A stretch of DNA of 53,640 bases, counting the filler, from Jimgerdemannia flammicorona (Eukaryota): assembly GCA_003990765.1 (NCBI GenBank). It is 2 parts of 2 records of this genome, joined end to end, with 100 filler letters (N's around TTAATTAATTAA, not from the genome) between each part and the next. Parts side by side here need not be neighbours in the genome. Positions count along the whole stretch, not along the records: positions 1 to 26,770 come from RBNJ01000696.1; 1 more part is not named here. One strand, 5' to 3'. The notes beneath the pieces were generated by a model. That model worked only from the letters and a program-made list of their open reading frames with translations. It was not told the origin of the DNA and ran no database searches. Positions within the stretch are counted from its first letter, which is position 1. Each line of letters opens with the position of its first letter. The translations under genes were made by a program, and so were the position numbers. Positions 11,851-23,810 of the stretch are shown here, in pieces.

Positions 11851-11984
11851 TACTGTGAACTGTTGAAGACTGATCTGTCAACATGTGTGTTTGCATATTT
11901 ACGTGTGCATGTGTATGTGTGTATGTGTATTATATATGCATGTGTGTATAATGTATTGTGGACACATCTGGTATATGAGTCATG

Positions 11985-12323
11985 TGGAGGATTTGGATTG
12001 GAGAATTCGATTGAAGGATTTGGATGAGGATTCAGATTGGAGGATTCAAATTGGAGGATTCAAATTGGAGGATTCGAATTGAAGGATTTGAATTGAGTGA
12101 TTCGGATTAAGTGATTTGGATTGAGTGATTCAGATTGAGTGATTCGGATTGAGTGATTCGGATTGGGGTGGTTCAGATGGGTGATTCAGATGGGGCGATT
12201 TGGATGGGGCAATTCAGATTAATCTGAGTTGATTTGGATGGCTTCGGATTTGAAATTTAGATCAAACTATCATGTGATGAATCGAATCCAGATTTAATTC
12301 GAATTAACTCATTCAGAGCACTA
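11985..12323 (-). repeat. Putative hAT 5' terminus: subterminal GATTCGGATT/GATTCAAATT tandem repeats and TIR-like end TAGTGCTCTGAATG
   Basis: About 15-bp tandem units lie upstream of the transposase. They end at a TAG-starting terminus, where the sequence switches abruptly to AT-rich DNA. Confidence 0.55.
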
Positions 12324-13104
12324 CTATAGAGTAAAAGAGAAATATTTATAAAGAGTAAGTTGTTTATAGAAAGTATTTACTATTTAGTATTTATAGAGAA
12401 TATATATAGTAGTTTGCAAAAGAGAAATAAAATAAAATAAAATTCAAACATGTATTTTATACTTATAAATAATAAGTTTATATCTGCAAAATATAGCTCA
12501 AGTTTGCAGTATACTTCTATGAACATACTCTGAAGTTTATAGGTCTTCAATGAACTGAATATTTTTTATAATAAAGTTTATATTATTAAAAATAATTCAA
12601 GTTACAAAGTTTGTATTTATAAAATATAATTCAAGTTTGTAATATACTCTTATGAACAGATCTCTAGAGTTCACAGATTTTTAATAAATATATCTAGAAC
12701 TATTTTTTTTTTTTTTTATGATAAAAATTACTTAATTAGCTTAATAACTTACTAATTATTGAAAATTATTTATTTCAAAATAGCTTATTACTCATCTATT
12801 AGTTTAGAGTTACATCCTCCAGTACCAATATATGATCTTATTGGTATTCTATATTCTTTATAATGAATAATTATTTGATGCATATTTTGATATAAATAAT
12901 TTTAATTGTATATTTTGATGACCTTTTCCATGCTCCAAGCATTTCATGAGCAAGAAATTGATTGATATATCAACCTGACTTAGGATATGGATTAGAGGAG
13001 GGGGTTCAAGGAGATGTATTCTCAGCCAGAAGATAGATACAATGAGGTTAATTGAATAAGTATCATATTTATTTGGTTTCAAAATCATTGTAAGAGCTAT
13101 TATC

Positions 13105-13277
13105 TAACTTAGGACGTGGTGTTTTCGCGAGACTAATTCCAACCTAGGACGTGGCGACTTCTAACCTTGGTCGTGGCAATTTCATGTTGGGAGATTGTGT
13201 TGGAGATCGTGTCGCGAGATCGTGTCGTGAGATCGTATCGCGAGATCATGTATCGCGAGATCATGTCATGTTCGCGA
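13105..13277. repeat. CpG-rich short tandem repeats (AACCTAGGACGTGG-like x3; 13-bp GATCGTGTCGCGA x5)
   Basis: Seen directly. Marks the boundary between AT-rich decayed DNA and the gene island. Confidence 0.7.
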
Positions 13278-14743
13278 GCAGGACGTATTTATTCATATGT
13301 ATTTTAAAACTTTACTTTTTATTCAAAGGTATTCTATTTATTGATAAATTTCATCTAAACGAGGCAATATGACCTCAGTTTTGGAACCCCATAGTACTAG
13401 CCGGAAAATCTCGTGAAAGGTGTTCTAACGCTAACGTGGCTTACTGCGGATCGCACAAGCTCGCAAAATGCTTACCAAAATCAACGATAATGACAGTAAA
13501 GGCCGATTAAAGTTTTCATATTTGGTTGGTATCTTTGAGCCATATCCTCTCGTTTTTACAAGGCAGCGAGTTTTGATCGAAGGCAATGAGAGATTTACAT
13601 TAAATAATCGATGTGCTTGCGGGCCTGGTTTGATCTGAGCTTTATCTGTCCATGTCAATTTAAAGCTTTGTGCCTGGCTTTTAGGCACGAACCGACCGAC
13701 GCCACCAATGCGAAGGTTGAATGCTAACTCTGTTAACTTTAATGGCAACTATGCACGACCGGGGATAGAATGTTCCATTTTTACCAGTTGCAAATCTCAC
13801 CTGATGTAGCTAATTTTGTTTCGTAAAACCCTAGATAACAAATATTGGGTGTCATCGACCAATCTGCCGTTGAGCTATAGGCGCGTGTGGGACGATCTAC
13901 AGTCATGTGATTCCGCGGCATCTTACATGGTTGGCTCATGTCCAGATATCGCTGTAGATAAACACCCTCAAATTGCACATTGGGATCACGTCAAAAATAA
14001 AAATAAAAATAAAATAATTACACCAGTGTAGCTGGACGCTCTACAGCCCTGTTTTTGGGAGGAGGGATCGGCGCGTTGAGAGTGTGGTAGCGCATCAACG
14101 GTCCCATTAAAAGCAGGTATCGTAAGCTCTAATGAGAACGCCAGCCATCCAACGACCACAGTTCGCCAGCATTACTAGCGTCACCAATACCATCATTGAC
14201 ACTTTCTGGAGACCCCCCCCAACTAGCCCAGCCGCGGTGGTCATTTACTAGATGGAGTAGGCGCTAAGCACTGCTCTCTAATCCAAACCGCCCGATAACG
14301 AAGGAAGAGTTTGGCACGCCCTGCGCTCTTGACCCTTTTCTGTCATTTTGCCAAATCGAACCTCTCAAGTTCGTGATATTTTTGCTCAATATATATTTTG
14401 GTCAAGGCCTCATTGTATTCAGTCTGTCTCAGATCGGCAGCTTCATGCATATGCATTAATATTAATTGAATGCCCTAGTATCACCATGAACAGGAAATAA
14501 ATTTCAGGTAAGTAATAAACTTGGCTACCACACCTTTTACCGAGGTTGAGCAAAAATCTCGACAGCGGAAAACCTGGCGCACACAGGAATATTCCTCTAC
14601 TGCTCTGACATTCGAGAGAATCCAATTTGCCAGCGTACTCTAATCAAGATCGACATCAATTTTACAAAAAAAACAAAAAAAAAAAAAAAAAAAAAAAAAA
14701 AACCAACCCAACTATGACAAACAAAATCATGCAACTCTGACCA

Positions 14744-17700
14744 TTACTTCCTCTCCTTGATGTTAAACGACTCCAACAGCTTAATCCACTCCCTCTCCCC
14801 CTTCGGCCCGAAATATCTAGGCTCATCAAACACGTGATAGAAATGCGTCCTCATCCCAGGTGACTTAAAGAACGCAGGGTACCTCAACCCAACAGGGATG
14901 TTCCACTCGTCAATGCGATCGTATACATTGACTCCCCAATACGCCTTTGGATCGTCCACGACCTGGAACTTCGCCGTTTGTATCTCCGTATCCGAAATCC
15001 CGCCATGACTGACCCTCGCATATGCCACGCGCTTAACCCCCCTGAATCCAACATACTGGCACCACCGATCCCAATCCTCTGCATCGACATCATTGATGCC
15101 TCCCTCTTCAAAAAGAATATTATATATACTCCCTCGTGGCTCGGTAACGACGTACCCAAGGAATACGAAGGGGTTCGTGCTCTCCCTAACGATACTCGCG
15201 ATGGTTTGGGTTTGTAGCTTTCGGTCGAGCTCGTCCTCCTCCTGGCCGTTGTGAGAAACGATGAAGTCGACGGACTGGCCGTAGACGTCGAGGGTGGCGT
15301 GGATGGCGCAGGCGAGCTCGCCAACGGGTGAAGGAAGAAGGTGGTGTGTCGAACGCAAGATCGGAAACTTGGAAAGAAGCAGGCATCCCCATGTGTGTTT
15401 CATTGTTGCGGGGCCGAAGTCGACGTAGTAGCCGAGGTCCTCGGCAATGTATTGAGCCCAGTCTCGATTGCCCATTATGATGCGTTGCGTGTCGGATTCG
15501 AGAAGACCTGGGGTTTGAGTTTAAGGGGGAGTTTCAGTTAGAGAAGCGCAAAGGAAGAAACGAATCTCAATAAAATAATCAGCACACATAATTTCCCTCT
15601 TCCCACCAAAAAATAAAATAAAATACACCTACCCACGACATCCAACTCTAAATCCCTAATAACATCCTTCATCCTCCTCTCGCTCGCCCACATATCATTA
15701 TCCAGCGCAAAATGTATGGTCCAAATCCCCGCCGTAAACGCTTTAAACTCCGGATGTGCTGGCTGTGGCGTCTTCGCATTCCTAACCCTCCATGCCGCAA
15801 CAACTGTTGCCGCCATAACCACTACTATAGCGGTCATACGTGCATACCTCCTCGTGGTTCTAATAACACTATATTGCTCCTTCACTCCACCAGCATTCTC
15901 CGCCGTCCTCGCATTCCACACGCCACCAATCACGAGCGCCATAATGGTCGCAAGCAGCCAATTTGTCCTTTCGCGGGCATACACGCCACCAGGTACGAAC
16001 GCATACGCTACGACCCACACATGGGCGAGGCACAGCACGTTGTACGTCATGGTAGCGAGGAAGAGCGTCCTTCCTGGCGGATATGGCACAACAGCGCGGA
16101 CGAGCGAGGGGACGAGTGAGACGAGGTAGGCGGCAAGGACGAGGGCCGCGCTGTAACCCTTCCACGCCGGGAGAGCGTAGAATGCGGCGCAGCTCGCGAT
16201 GCCTAGGGCCGACCAAGCGGGTGAGAGGACGAGGGCGCGGTTGGCGGAGAGGAAGAGGCCCAGTGCGAGGACGGCGATGGTCACCACGCCCCAGGGAACG
16301 GGCTCCGGGCCTGGGTTCGGGTAGCCGTCGACAACCCAGCGCATGACGGTCGAAGAGTCGGTGTACATTGAGTGCAGAGCAAAGAGGAGAGAACCTAGAC
16401 CCGTGGCGGCGAGTGGCCAGGAGCCGGTTGGGATTTTGGGCGTTGGTGAGTCCGCAGCGGTGGGTTGGCCGCGCATCATAACGTCGAGACAAGCGAGCAG
16501 GCCCATTACAAGACCCTCGATATTCTTTCCACCGTTCCCGCGGTACATGATAGGCCATATAGGGTTCTCTGTGAACCAAGCCATCTTGACGACGTTATGG
16601 ACTAACAATCCCAGGATCCATACGAGGGCCCCCCTTTCTAGCGCACCGGTACGGTCACGATCGCCGACCCATGTTGCTGTCCACGTGAGGATGCTGATAG
16701 AGACGCCGGCGGCGGTGACGGCGAGACGCGGAGCGGGATCGACAATGAGATAGGATGCGATGCCAGCGAGGGAGAGGAGATGGAAGAGACCACGATGGGC
16801 GTTGATAGTTGTGCGGATGAAGCGCGAGCTGAGGAGGACGGGTGAGACCGTGACGAGGAGGAAGGCTTCGTAGCCCGAGATGCCCATGTGCCAGAGTGGG
16901 AAATACCAGATTAGGAGGGTCAAGGAGGTCAGCATAGACCAGAAGACGAAAGCTGAGGGACGAGGGTAGAATTGTTAGTGAAATCGGTGTGGGCCTATCG
17001 TACGATGATCCCGTATGGTGCATGCATGCCACACGATTACCAGATACAAAATCACCAAAAGACGTACCGAGATACACATCCGCAACGAATGACCTCACTT
17101 CACCAAACACGCGCCACGGGCGCGATGGCGGTGCCACCTGCGCCGCTATAGGCTCGCTGCCGGTTGGATAATAATAATTGTCAATAGCAGGATCAGAGAA
17201 AGTCGTCCTCAACGGGAATGCGAACGCCACACCTCATGCCTCTGCTCACCTGACCCCAGCATCAGGCGCCAGTCTAACCACCACCCGTATGAGTTTGACA
17301 ATGCGTTCACGCGACGTAAAAAATGAAGATCATACGTAATGAATGGGCATTAGTATTTATTTTCGCGATCCATTCACGCTAAACATCCATCCCATCCAAC
17401 GGCTGAGTTTTCATCCTCGCGATCGTAGACGAGTTTCTCTCCAACAGTAACTCCAACCAACCCTATCTCCAAACAAGCCCTATCACATCATCTTCCCGAT
17501 ATGCTCCTCGCCATACCGGTCCAATCCTGCACTTGCCCCGCTCCCCCGGCCGGCGGCGGCGCCAGCGGAGCCGTCGACGACGGTGATGCTGAGGTTGCTG
17601 AACTCGAGAGCGGCGACGGCGTCGAAGGCCACGTCGTAGAGGATCAACTGCCACTCGAAGAAGGCGTAGTTTGTGTAGGCTGCGTGTGGTGAAAGTGACA

Positions 17701-18808
17701 GATTGGGTTGAAATTGCGGGTCTCGCCTACCCGTAAAACATAATCACATGACGACAATAATAATGATAATAAACACGTACCCCCAGAGACCCTATGGACC
17801 TTATGCTGCACGAAAAAATACACCATCGGTACGAGCATCAGAAAGAATGCCCCGCACAGATACCGCCTATACTTGAGTCCCTTCGATCCCTGCACGGTGC
17901 GCGGGTTCGTGGCGAGGACGCCGAACATCCATGGGATTGTGAGGACGAGGTATGATATCATGGCGATGTCGTGGACATTGTGGTCGTCCGACGATGTGAT
18001 GTATACCCAGCCGCCGCAGGACACAGTGCGGGCCAGGCCGACCCAGAGCAGGATTTGTGAGAAGAAGCGAGAGGCAGTTGGGCGCGAGGGGAGAGTGATT
18101 AGGAGGTACCAGAGATAGACCAAGGCGAAGCGTGGGCCTATGGGGAAAAGGGGGACGAAAGGTGAGTTTGGACTGGGGAATGGAAGGAGGAATTTAGGTG
18201 GCCATGTACCTGAGGTCAGAGCGATGAAAATGTGGAAGATGGCGCGGGCGGGGTACCAGTCCCCCGTAGTGGCGCTCACACTGGGAAACCATTCCTGGGA
18301 GGGTATGGGTTAGAGTAATGGATAAATGAACGGCAAATGTATTATGCGAGTCATCACTTCTAACTCGATAACGCATTCCATAACCAAACGGCCCGCATAC
18401 CTCTGGGTATCCATAGTATTCGTTCCGTACGATCTTATGATAATGGGTATAACAACCGACGATGAGCGCAAAGAAGAAGGCGCCTGGGAAGAAGGTAGTC
18501 CAAATGTAAATTTATCTTGTCGCCACGTGGCATGCAAGAGAAAAAAATTTTGAGCTCAATATTCCGATTAATCAAAAGATACTCACAGTACGCAAAGGTG
18601 GTATGCGAGTATGATATGTAGGTCGCGGGTATCTACACAAAATTCATGAACCGAACGGACCAACCGAGTCGCGACATCCCGAATGTCAGAAGTGGAAGCA
18701 AAGACGCGTTCCCTTGTAACTCGGGTCGGATAGGGGGCAGCATACCTTTGCCAGGACGGCGCCGCGGGGGGCGGGTGGGTTGTGTTGGTCCGTCTTATCC
18801 GAGGCCAT
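14744..18808 (-). CDS. CWH43: CWH43 / PGAP2-interacting GPI lipid-remodelling protein, about 989 aa, 9 exons: 18808-18746, 18632-18587, 18483-18401, 18294-18210, 18137-17781, 17679-17517, 17156-17068, 16952-15633, 15507-14744
   Basis: GT-AG introns with consistent phases join [35 protein letters not shown] (Frag1/PGAP2 domain), FVFWSMLTSL, WYFPLWHMGISGYE, AGIWTIHFALDNDMWASE, GLLESDTQRIIMGNRD, HTWGC, HNGQEED, DRWCQY and SDTEIQ (endo/exonuclease-phosphatase-like C-terminus). Confidence 0.95.
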
Positions 18809-18915
18809 TGCGGCAGCAGGGGCGATGTTCCTGATTCCTGTCGAAGAAACGCAAGTCCAATTCCCCCGTTCCCGTGCATTAGTAGAATTTCTGTCTGACC
18901 GTTTTGGGGTGCATC

Positions 18916-19022
18916 CTATCACGTGATAGATGTGCCTGTGTCACCCTCGGCTAAATCCACCACATCACCCTCGGCTAAATGCACCCACATCACGTCATGA
19001 AGGCCACATCACGTCATGAAGG
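18916..19022. promoter_or_regulatory. Candidate CWH43 promoter elements
   Basis: Perfect 14-bp palindrome CTATCACGTGATAG (E-box core), plus TCACCCTCGGCTAAAT x2 and CCACATCACGTCATGAAGG x2 (CRE-like), 110-210 bp upstream of the ATG. Confidence 0.4.
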
Positions 19023-19719
19023 GAGACGCCCACTTGCCCCACGCTTTTCGGGGGGCATCCTGTTTGGCCAGCCTCATCCTCACCTACAGGTTTTACATGT
19101 TTTATTATTGGTAGTATGAAGTACATATACGGCCCCGCGGCAAGACCCGTGGCTCGTGCGGCCGTCGGCCATAACAATCCTAATACCGTAAATTGAGTAC
19201 CATTAAGCATGTGTACACCAAGTATGCACCCTTGCACAAGTTTCTTGGTGCCAAGACGAGCAGTACGAACCAAAAATACCGCAATTGGAAGGGAGCAGGG
19301 ATTTATTTATACACAACTTCCGGAATAGCAGGAAGTTTCTTATTACAACTCACAACACCCCAAACCGGGCAACACCGAAGCCTTTCAAAGTAAGTCTATC
19401 GAGACTTTCATCACTCAGAACGGCAGGAGGGCGAAACAAAGAGTCTATAAACTTTTTTGCCGCAATTAAACATACGAACGAGGTGCCAAGAATCATGTAC
19501 ACGAGAATGTTTGCTACGCCCAATATGTGGGGTGGTGAGGGCGGGCAGGCTATTAGGTAGGAAAGGGCGAATAAAAAATAAGGGACGCGGGGATCTAAAA
19601 GAAAAAAAAGAAAGAAAGAAAGAAAGAAAAAGAAAAAGAACAAGGGGGTTTTCATTAAGGGCGGGAGGGGGCTACCTACCCACCCAAGCACATTTTCATC
19701 TTCACCACGCGCTACGCAT

Positions 19720-20829
19720 CTACTTTCTAGGTGTAACACCAACATGCCAGAACCTCCTGTGTTGATTCGACTTGCTCGGCTCTTCCGTGTGCACGCACGA
19801 CACCCTCTTATGCTTCTCGACGCTCCTAACTACGCCCTCGACACCTTTCCCTTCTGCGGAGCACCCAACCATAACCAACGAATCGCACGCCCTCAGCAGC
19901 ATCCACAGTCCCTCAACCTTAACCTCGCTCGCAAAGATAGCTCTGATCCGTGGGCACTGCTTAGCAATCAACTTAGCGAGCGCGGCATCCAGAATGTCGT
20001 ACGGGTTCAAGTACAGCACGACAAGCTCGGCGCCGTAGTTTGGCAAGATCACGTTCTGCAGCGCGAGTGGATGATGCGCATACCCCGTAACGTGTGTCAC
20101 GACGGTGTTATCGGGCGTGCGCTTCCTTCCGCCCCGAACAAAGGGCAGGAAGTTCAGTTGTTCGTCTGTGTCGTTTGGGAATGTGAGCAGCGACCCGCAG
20201 CAAGGAAGAGGGCAATCAACATATTTCCCCTCGCGGAAGCAGTCCATGCGAGGGAGAGAAGCCGGTCGTGGGTACTTTGTTCCCGCCCTACCCAAGGCGG
20301 CTTGCTGTGCGGCGTCGGTCTGGGTGAGGAGGAAAGTGGCATCCCTTGTGTTGTCAAGGAGGATCTTGACCTGAGTTTCTGAGAGGTCTGTCATTGTCTG
20401 CAGGAAAGCGACGTTCGGGCAGAGACGGAGCAGATCGAGAAAGAAGCGGTTCGACCAGTGGAAGAGCGGGGAGGAGGTGTGTGGGAGCTTGATGGTTTTA
20501 AGGGAGCGGCCGTATTTCGCGCAGAAGGCTAGGACGTCTTCTGGGGTTATAGCGTGGTCCGGGAATATGACCTTTGTATAGCAGCGCTGGGAGACAATAC
20601 GGTAGCAAGTGCGGTTGACGAGGAGAAGAGATTGCAGGTCTTCGAGAGCTGTGACATGGCTGATGATGTCGACCAGGAGCTCGGTCGGGATGAAGTAGTG
20701 GGAAGTCGACATTGCGGGCGCGGAATCTGGATAGACGGTAGAGGGGCGACGCTTCTGCATCACATAGTGGGTCTTGGGAACACTTGTCAGTGTGCCCATC
20801 ATGGAGGCGCCGCTGAGATCCAGGATCAT
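19720..20829 (-). CDS. F-box protein with degenerate LRR-like repeats, 369 aa
   Basis: IPTELLVDIISHVTALEDLQSLLLVNRTCYRIV is an F-box pattern. LLRLCPNV, IAKQCPRIR and LLRACDSL resemble cysteine-containing LRRs. The ORF is intact and CpG-rich. Confidence 0.8.
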   Translation of the reverse strand: MILDLSGASMMGTLTSVPKTHYVMQKRRPSTVYPDSAPAMSTSHYFIPTELLVDIISHVTALEDLQSLLLVNRTCYRIVSQRCYTKVIFPDHAITPEDVLAFCAKYGRSLKTIKLPHTSSPLFHWSNRFFLDLLRLCPNVAFLQTMTDLSETQVKILLDNTRDATFLLTQTDAAQQAALGRAGTKYPRPASLPRMDCFREGKYVDCPLPCCGSLLTFPNDTDEQLNFLPFVRGGRKRTPDNTVVTHVTGYAHHPLALQNVILPNYGAELVVLYLNPYDILDAALAKLIAKQCPRIRAIFASEVKVEGLWMLLRACDSLVMVGCSAEGKGVEGVVRSVEKHKRVSCVHTEEPSKSNQHRRFWHVGVTPRK

Positions 20830-21880
20830 GATGGTAGATTAAAAGGAAAGTGTGAGGTGGGCGGGAAGGAAGGGGAGAAGGGGGGAGGTGAGGGTAGGAA
20901 AAGGAGTGGATGGGCAGAAGGGAAGGTGAAGGATAAGGGGAAAGAGAATAAACTTTCTATCTAGTATATACTGCGAGCCATCTCCCACTGTCGAAAGGAA
21001 ATGTTTACGCAAAAGGCTAATTGCTAAATGTACGTGACTGTTTTTCTTAAACACTCCACCACTAAGCTCCCTTCTGGCTCGTGTATTGCACGCAGCTTCC
21101 AGAAGGCGGAGCGGAGAGAAAGACCGGCGCTGGGAAACGAAACGAACCCCATTCTATGGATCTATGGGCATAGATCGCCCAAATGGCAATCGCCCAATCG
21201 TCCAACCGGCGAATTTCAGTGCTCTGAGATCTGCACCTTCTTTCTCCCTGCTATCCTATATATCCTCAGAACCGCACATTTCCTACAAATAATTAGTATG
21301 CAATAGTCCCGTGTCCTTATCCGCTTGCGTATTTAAAGTGTCACACTGAATCTTTCATTGGCACGAAAGATTGATGATTAGTCAGTTATGACATCACAGC
21401 TCCCACACGATGGTCCGTGGCTAGGCTCACCGACCGAATTCGGAGATCGCAACAGTCAGAGCCAGCGACGATGAAGAACAGGGCCGTCGAGAGGAGGGAA
21501 CATGGCGAAAACCTCGTGTCGCATGCGAGGATGTGGGGGAGTGGATCCATTTTAGCGGTGAGACTATGTGCGGATAGCGACTAAGAGCCAAGACTTGGTC
21601 CCGTAAGTTTTGTCTGGTATCGCACTTTGAGATACTCTATGAATTAGTGACCTTTTGCTTTGTTTTCCACACATGCCATCATCGAATGCAGAGTGCCATC
21701 CATCACGTCGGAGACTGGCTCGCGACCAACGCACCAACGCCACATTTCCCGAGGGCGCTCAAGCACTGTGTCCTCTTTCTATTATTGTTTATTATTATCG
21801 ACTGGAGCCAAGCCCATTAATGGCCAATACGCATGTAATTTTACCTTGTAGTTATTGATGGAGTTCCTTCTTTCTCTTTG

Positions 21881-21881
<1 letters not shown>

Positions 21882-21976
<95 letters not shown>
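21882..21976. repeat. Poly(T) homopolymer, about 95 nt
   Basis: Seen directly. Confidence 0.95.
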
Positions 21977-21977
<1 letters not shown>

Positions 21978-23779
21978 GCACAGTTTTTTTTGATGACACA
22001 CAATGTTCCTTTGTGTTTTTGGCATCTCTTAGTTTGTTTTATGTTAAGAAATCTCTCACATCCTGCAATAACATGTATTTCGTAATCAATGTTAACATGT
22101 CATACAGCAAATCACATACTCTTTGTTATTAGATAGTTTTTTAATAATGTATCAGTTATATATTAATAAATTTCAGCTCTTCAATGTACTAGGAATCACT
22201 CGGAGATCAGCCCCTACAAAAATATTGGCTCATAAAAAACTCAATGCATCGAACCACATCTCAGGAGCTCACGATTCGCGAAATCCGATTCAAAAAAGAG
22301 GAGAATATTCCACAGAGAAAGTTGTAATCTTACACGCGCTTTTTGTCTTAACGCAAACACTCTGCTGAAGATGGCTTCTGCCTTGGGAGGGTGTGAGTAG
22401 CGAACGAGCTAGTGGTGAGCAGCAAAGTGGCAATGGCTGTAAGCGATAAGCGGCGAGCGGCGAGCGACGGCAAACAATGCGCTCGGAGGAAATTCCTCTG
22501 GGCTTACGCTTGGAACTATACATGTATGTCATGTACATAATGTAGATAGACAAACGGATTGAGAGCTAACACACTGGCAAGACCCGCGAATACGATTGTG
22601 AGATTGGGAATTACAAACTTTCACATCGGACTGTAGAAGGGAGGAACAAGGACTGCATAGAAGGAAGAGCATTGAGCGGAACGGTATTTTGTATTTTCGC
22701 CTCGTGATGAGGAACCCCAAAATTCGTCGAATGGCTTTGGTGTGTGTTTTGGGGTCTTGTGGATAGATCGCCGATCCACAGGTTGGTGTATGTGCAATTA
22801 ACGCAAAACCAGATCAAGAGAGAACAATACATGCGCTTCCTGAAACGCGTCCCTGGAGAAATCAAGTTCTGAGAGCATACGGTATTACGATTGCTCTAGG
22901 CTGTACGTCTAACGCGTAACGTCCCTACCCGAATCCCAAGTCTGAACCGGTTCCACCGTTTTCAATGGATGTGCCATAACGTAGATCGACAATCCGCACC
23001 CGTGCAGTCCCTTGGGTTGAAACCTTGTAGATGATATGTTTACGAGCTTGATAATAGATGACGATGTGAGAATTAAGTGGCACAGATGGGATTGTAACCC
23101 TTTATTCACTGTCAAAAGAAAATAAAAAAGATTTGAAGCGCAATATGGTGCGCACAAACAACGCCGTCCCGCTTTTTCGAGGGACGACACGGCGAAGTTT
23201 CCCACTATTTAACGGCTTTGTCATTCCAAAGCAGAAGAGTTGATTTCCTGGCGATGGTTGGTTGCCGAGGCTGTAGATTCTACAAAATTTGCCATATCGC
23301 CAGCGCCGTCCATATTTTATCTCTGATCTCGGCGAATTGTTAATAAATTTGCCATACAATGACATTGAGCTTATATAACGGGCAGCAGCTTGCAAGGCTT
23401 CGGTGTACAAAGTTCGACAAATAATGCAAGGTTCGAGTTTTCAGGCGCTACCTGTACTGTTTGTCTTGTGAGGCTACGCGTGGCAAGGTTGGGGCTTGTC
23501 AGGTGCGTGTAAATGCGTGAGAACGTTTCGCAGATTGTGAATGTAGGTTTCGTCAAGATTATCGACGTACTGCCAATTATTAAGGGGTTGGATCAATAGG
23601 GTGTGAAAAATAAGTAAAAACAAAACAAACGCCCATCGGCTACCGATCGTTCTACCTGGGACAACCCGTGGCCACATAATTAGGTCTGATCATCCTATGA
23701 CATTTGTGTGGACAAAGTTTGCAGAGTGGGAGGAGATTATCACATATCATACTTTCGTGTATATGGCTGATACAGTTGG

Positions 23780-23810
<31 letters not shown>

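Noticed and set aside
14884..18553. Many 60-236 aa overlapping ORFs on both strands
   Set aside because: Alternative-frame and antisense shadows of the GC-rich CWH43 exons.
19744..20964. 212-aa and 136-aa plus-strand ORFs
   Set aside because: Antisense to the F-box gene, with no recognisable motifs.
21782..22132. Poly-Lys / poly-Phe ORFs, or a retrocopy poly(A) tail
   Set aside because: Artefacts of the T homopolymer; no TSD or recognisable retroposed body was found next to it.
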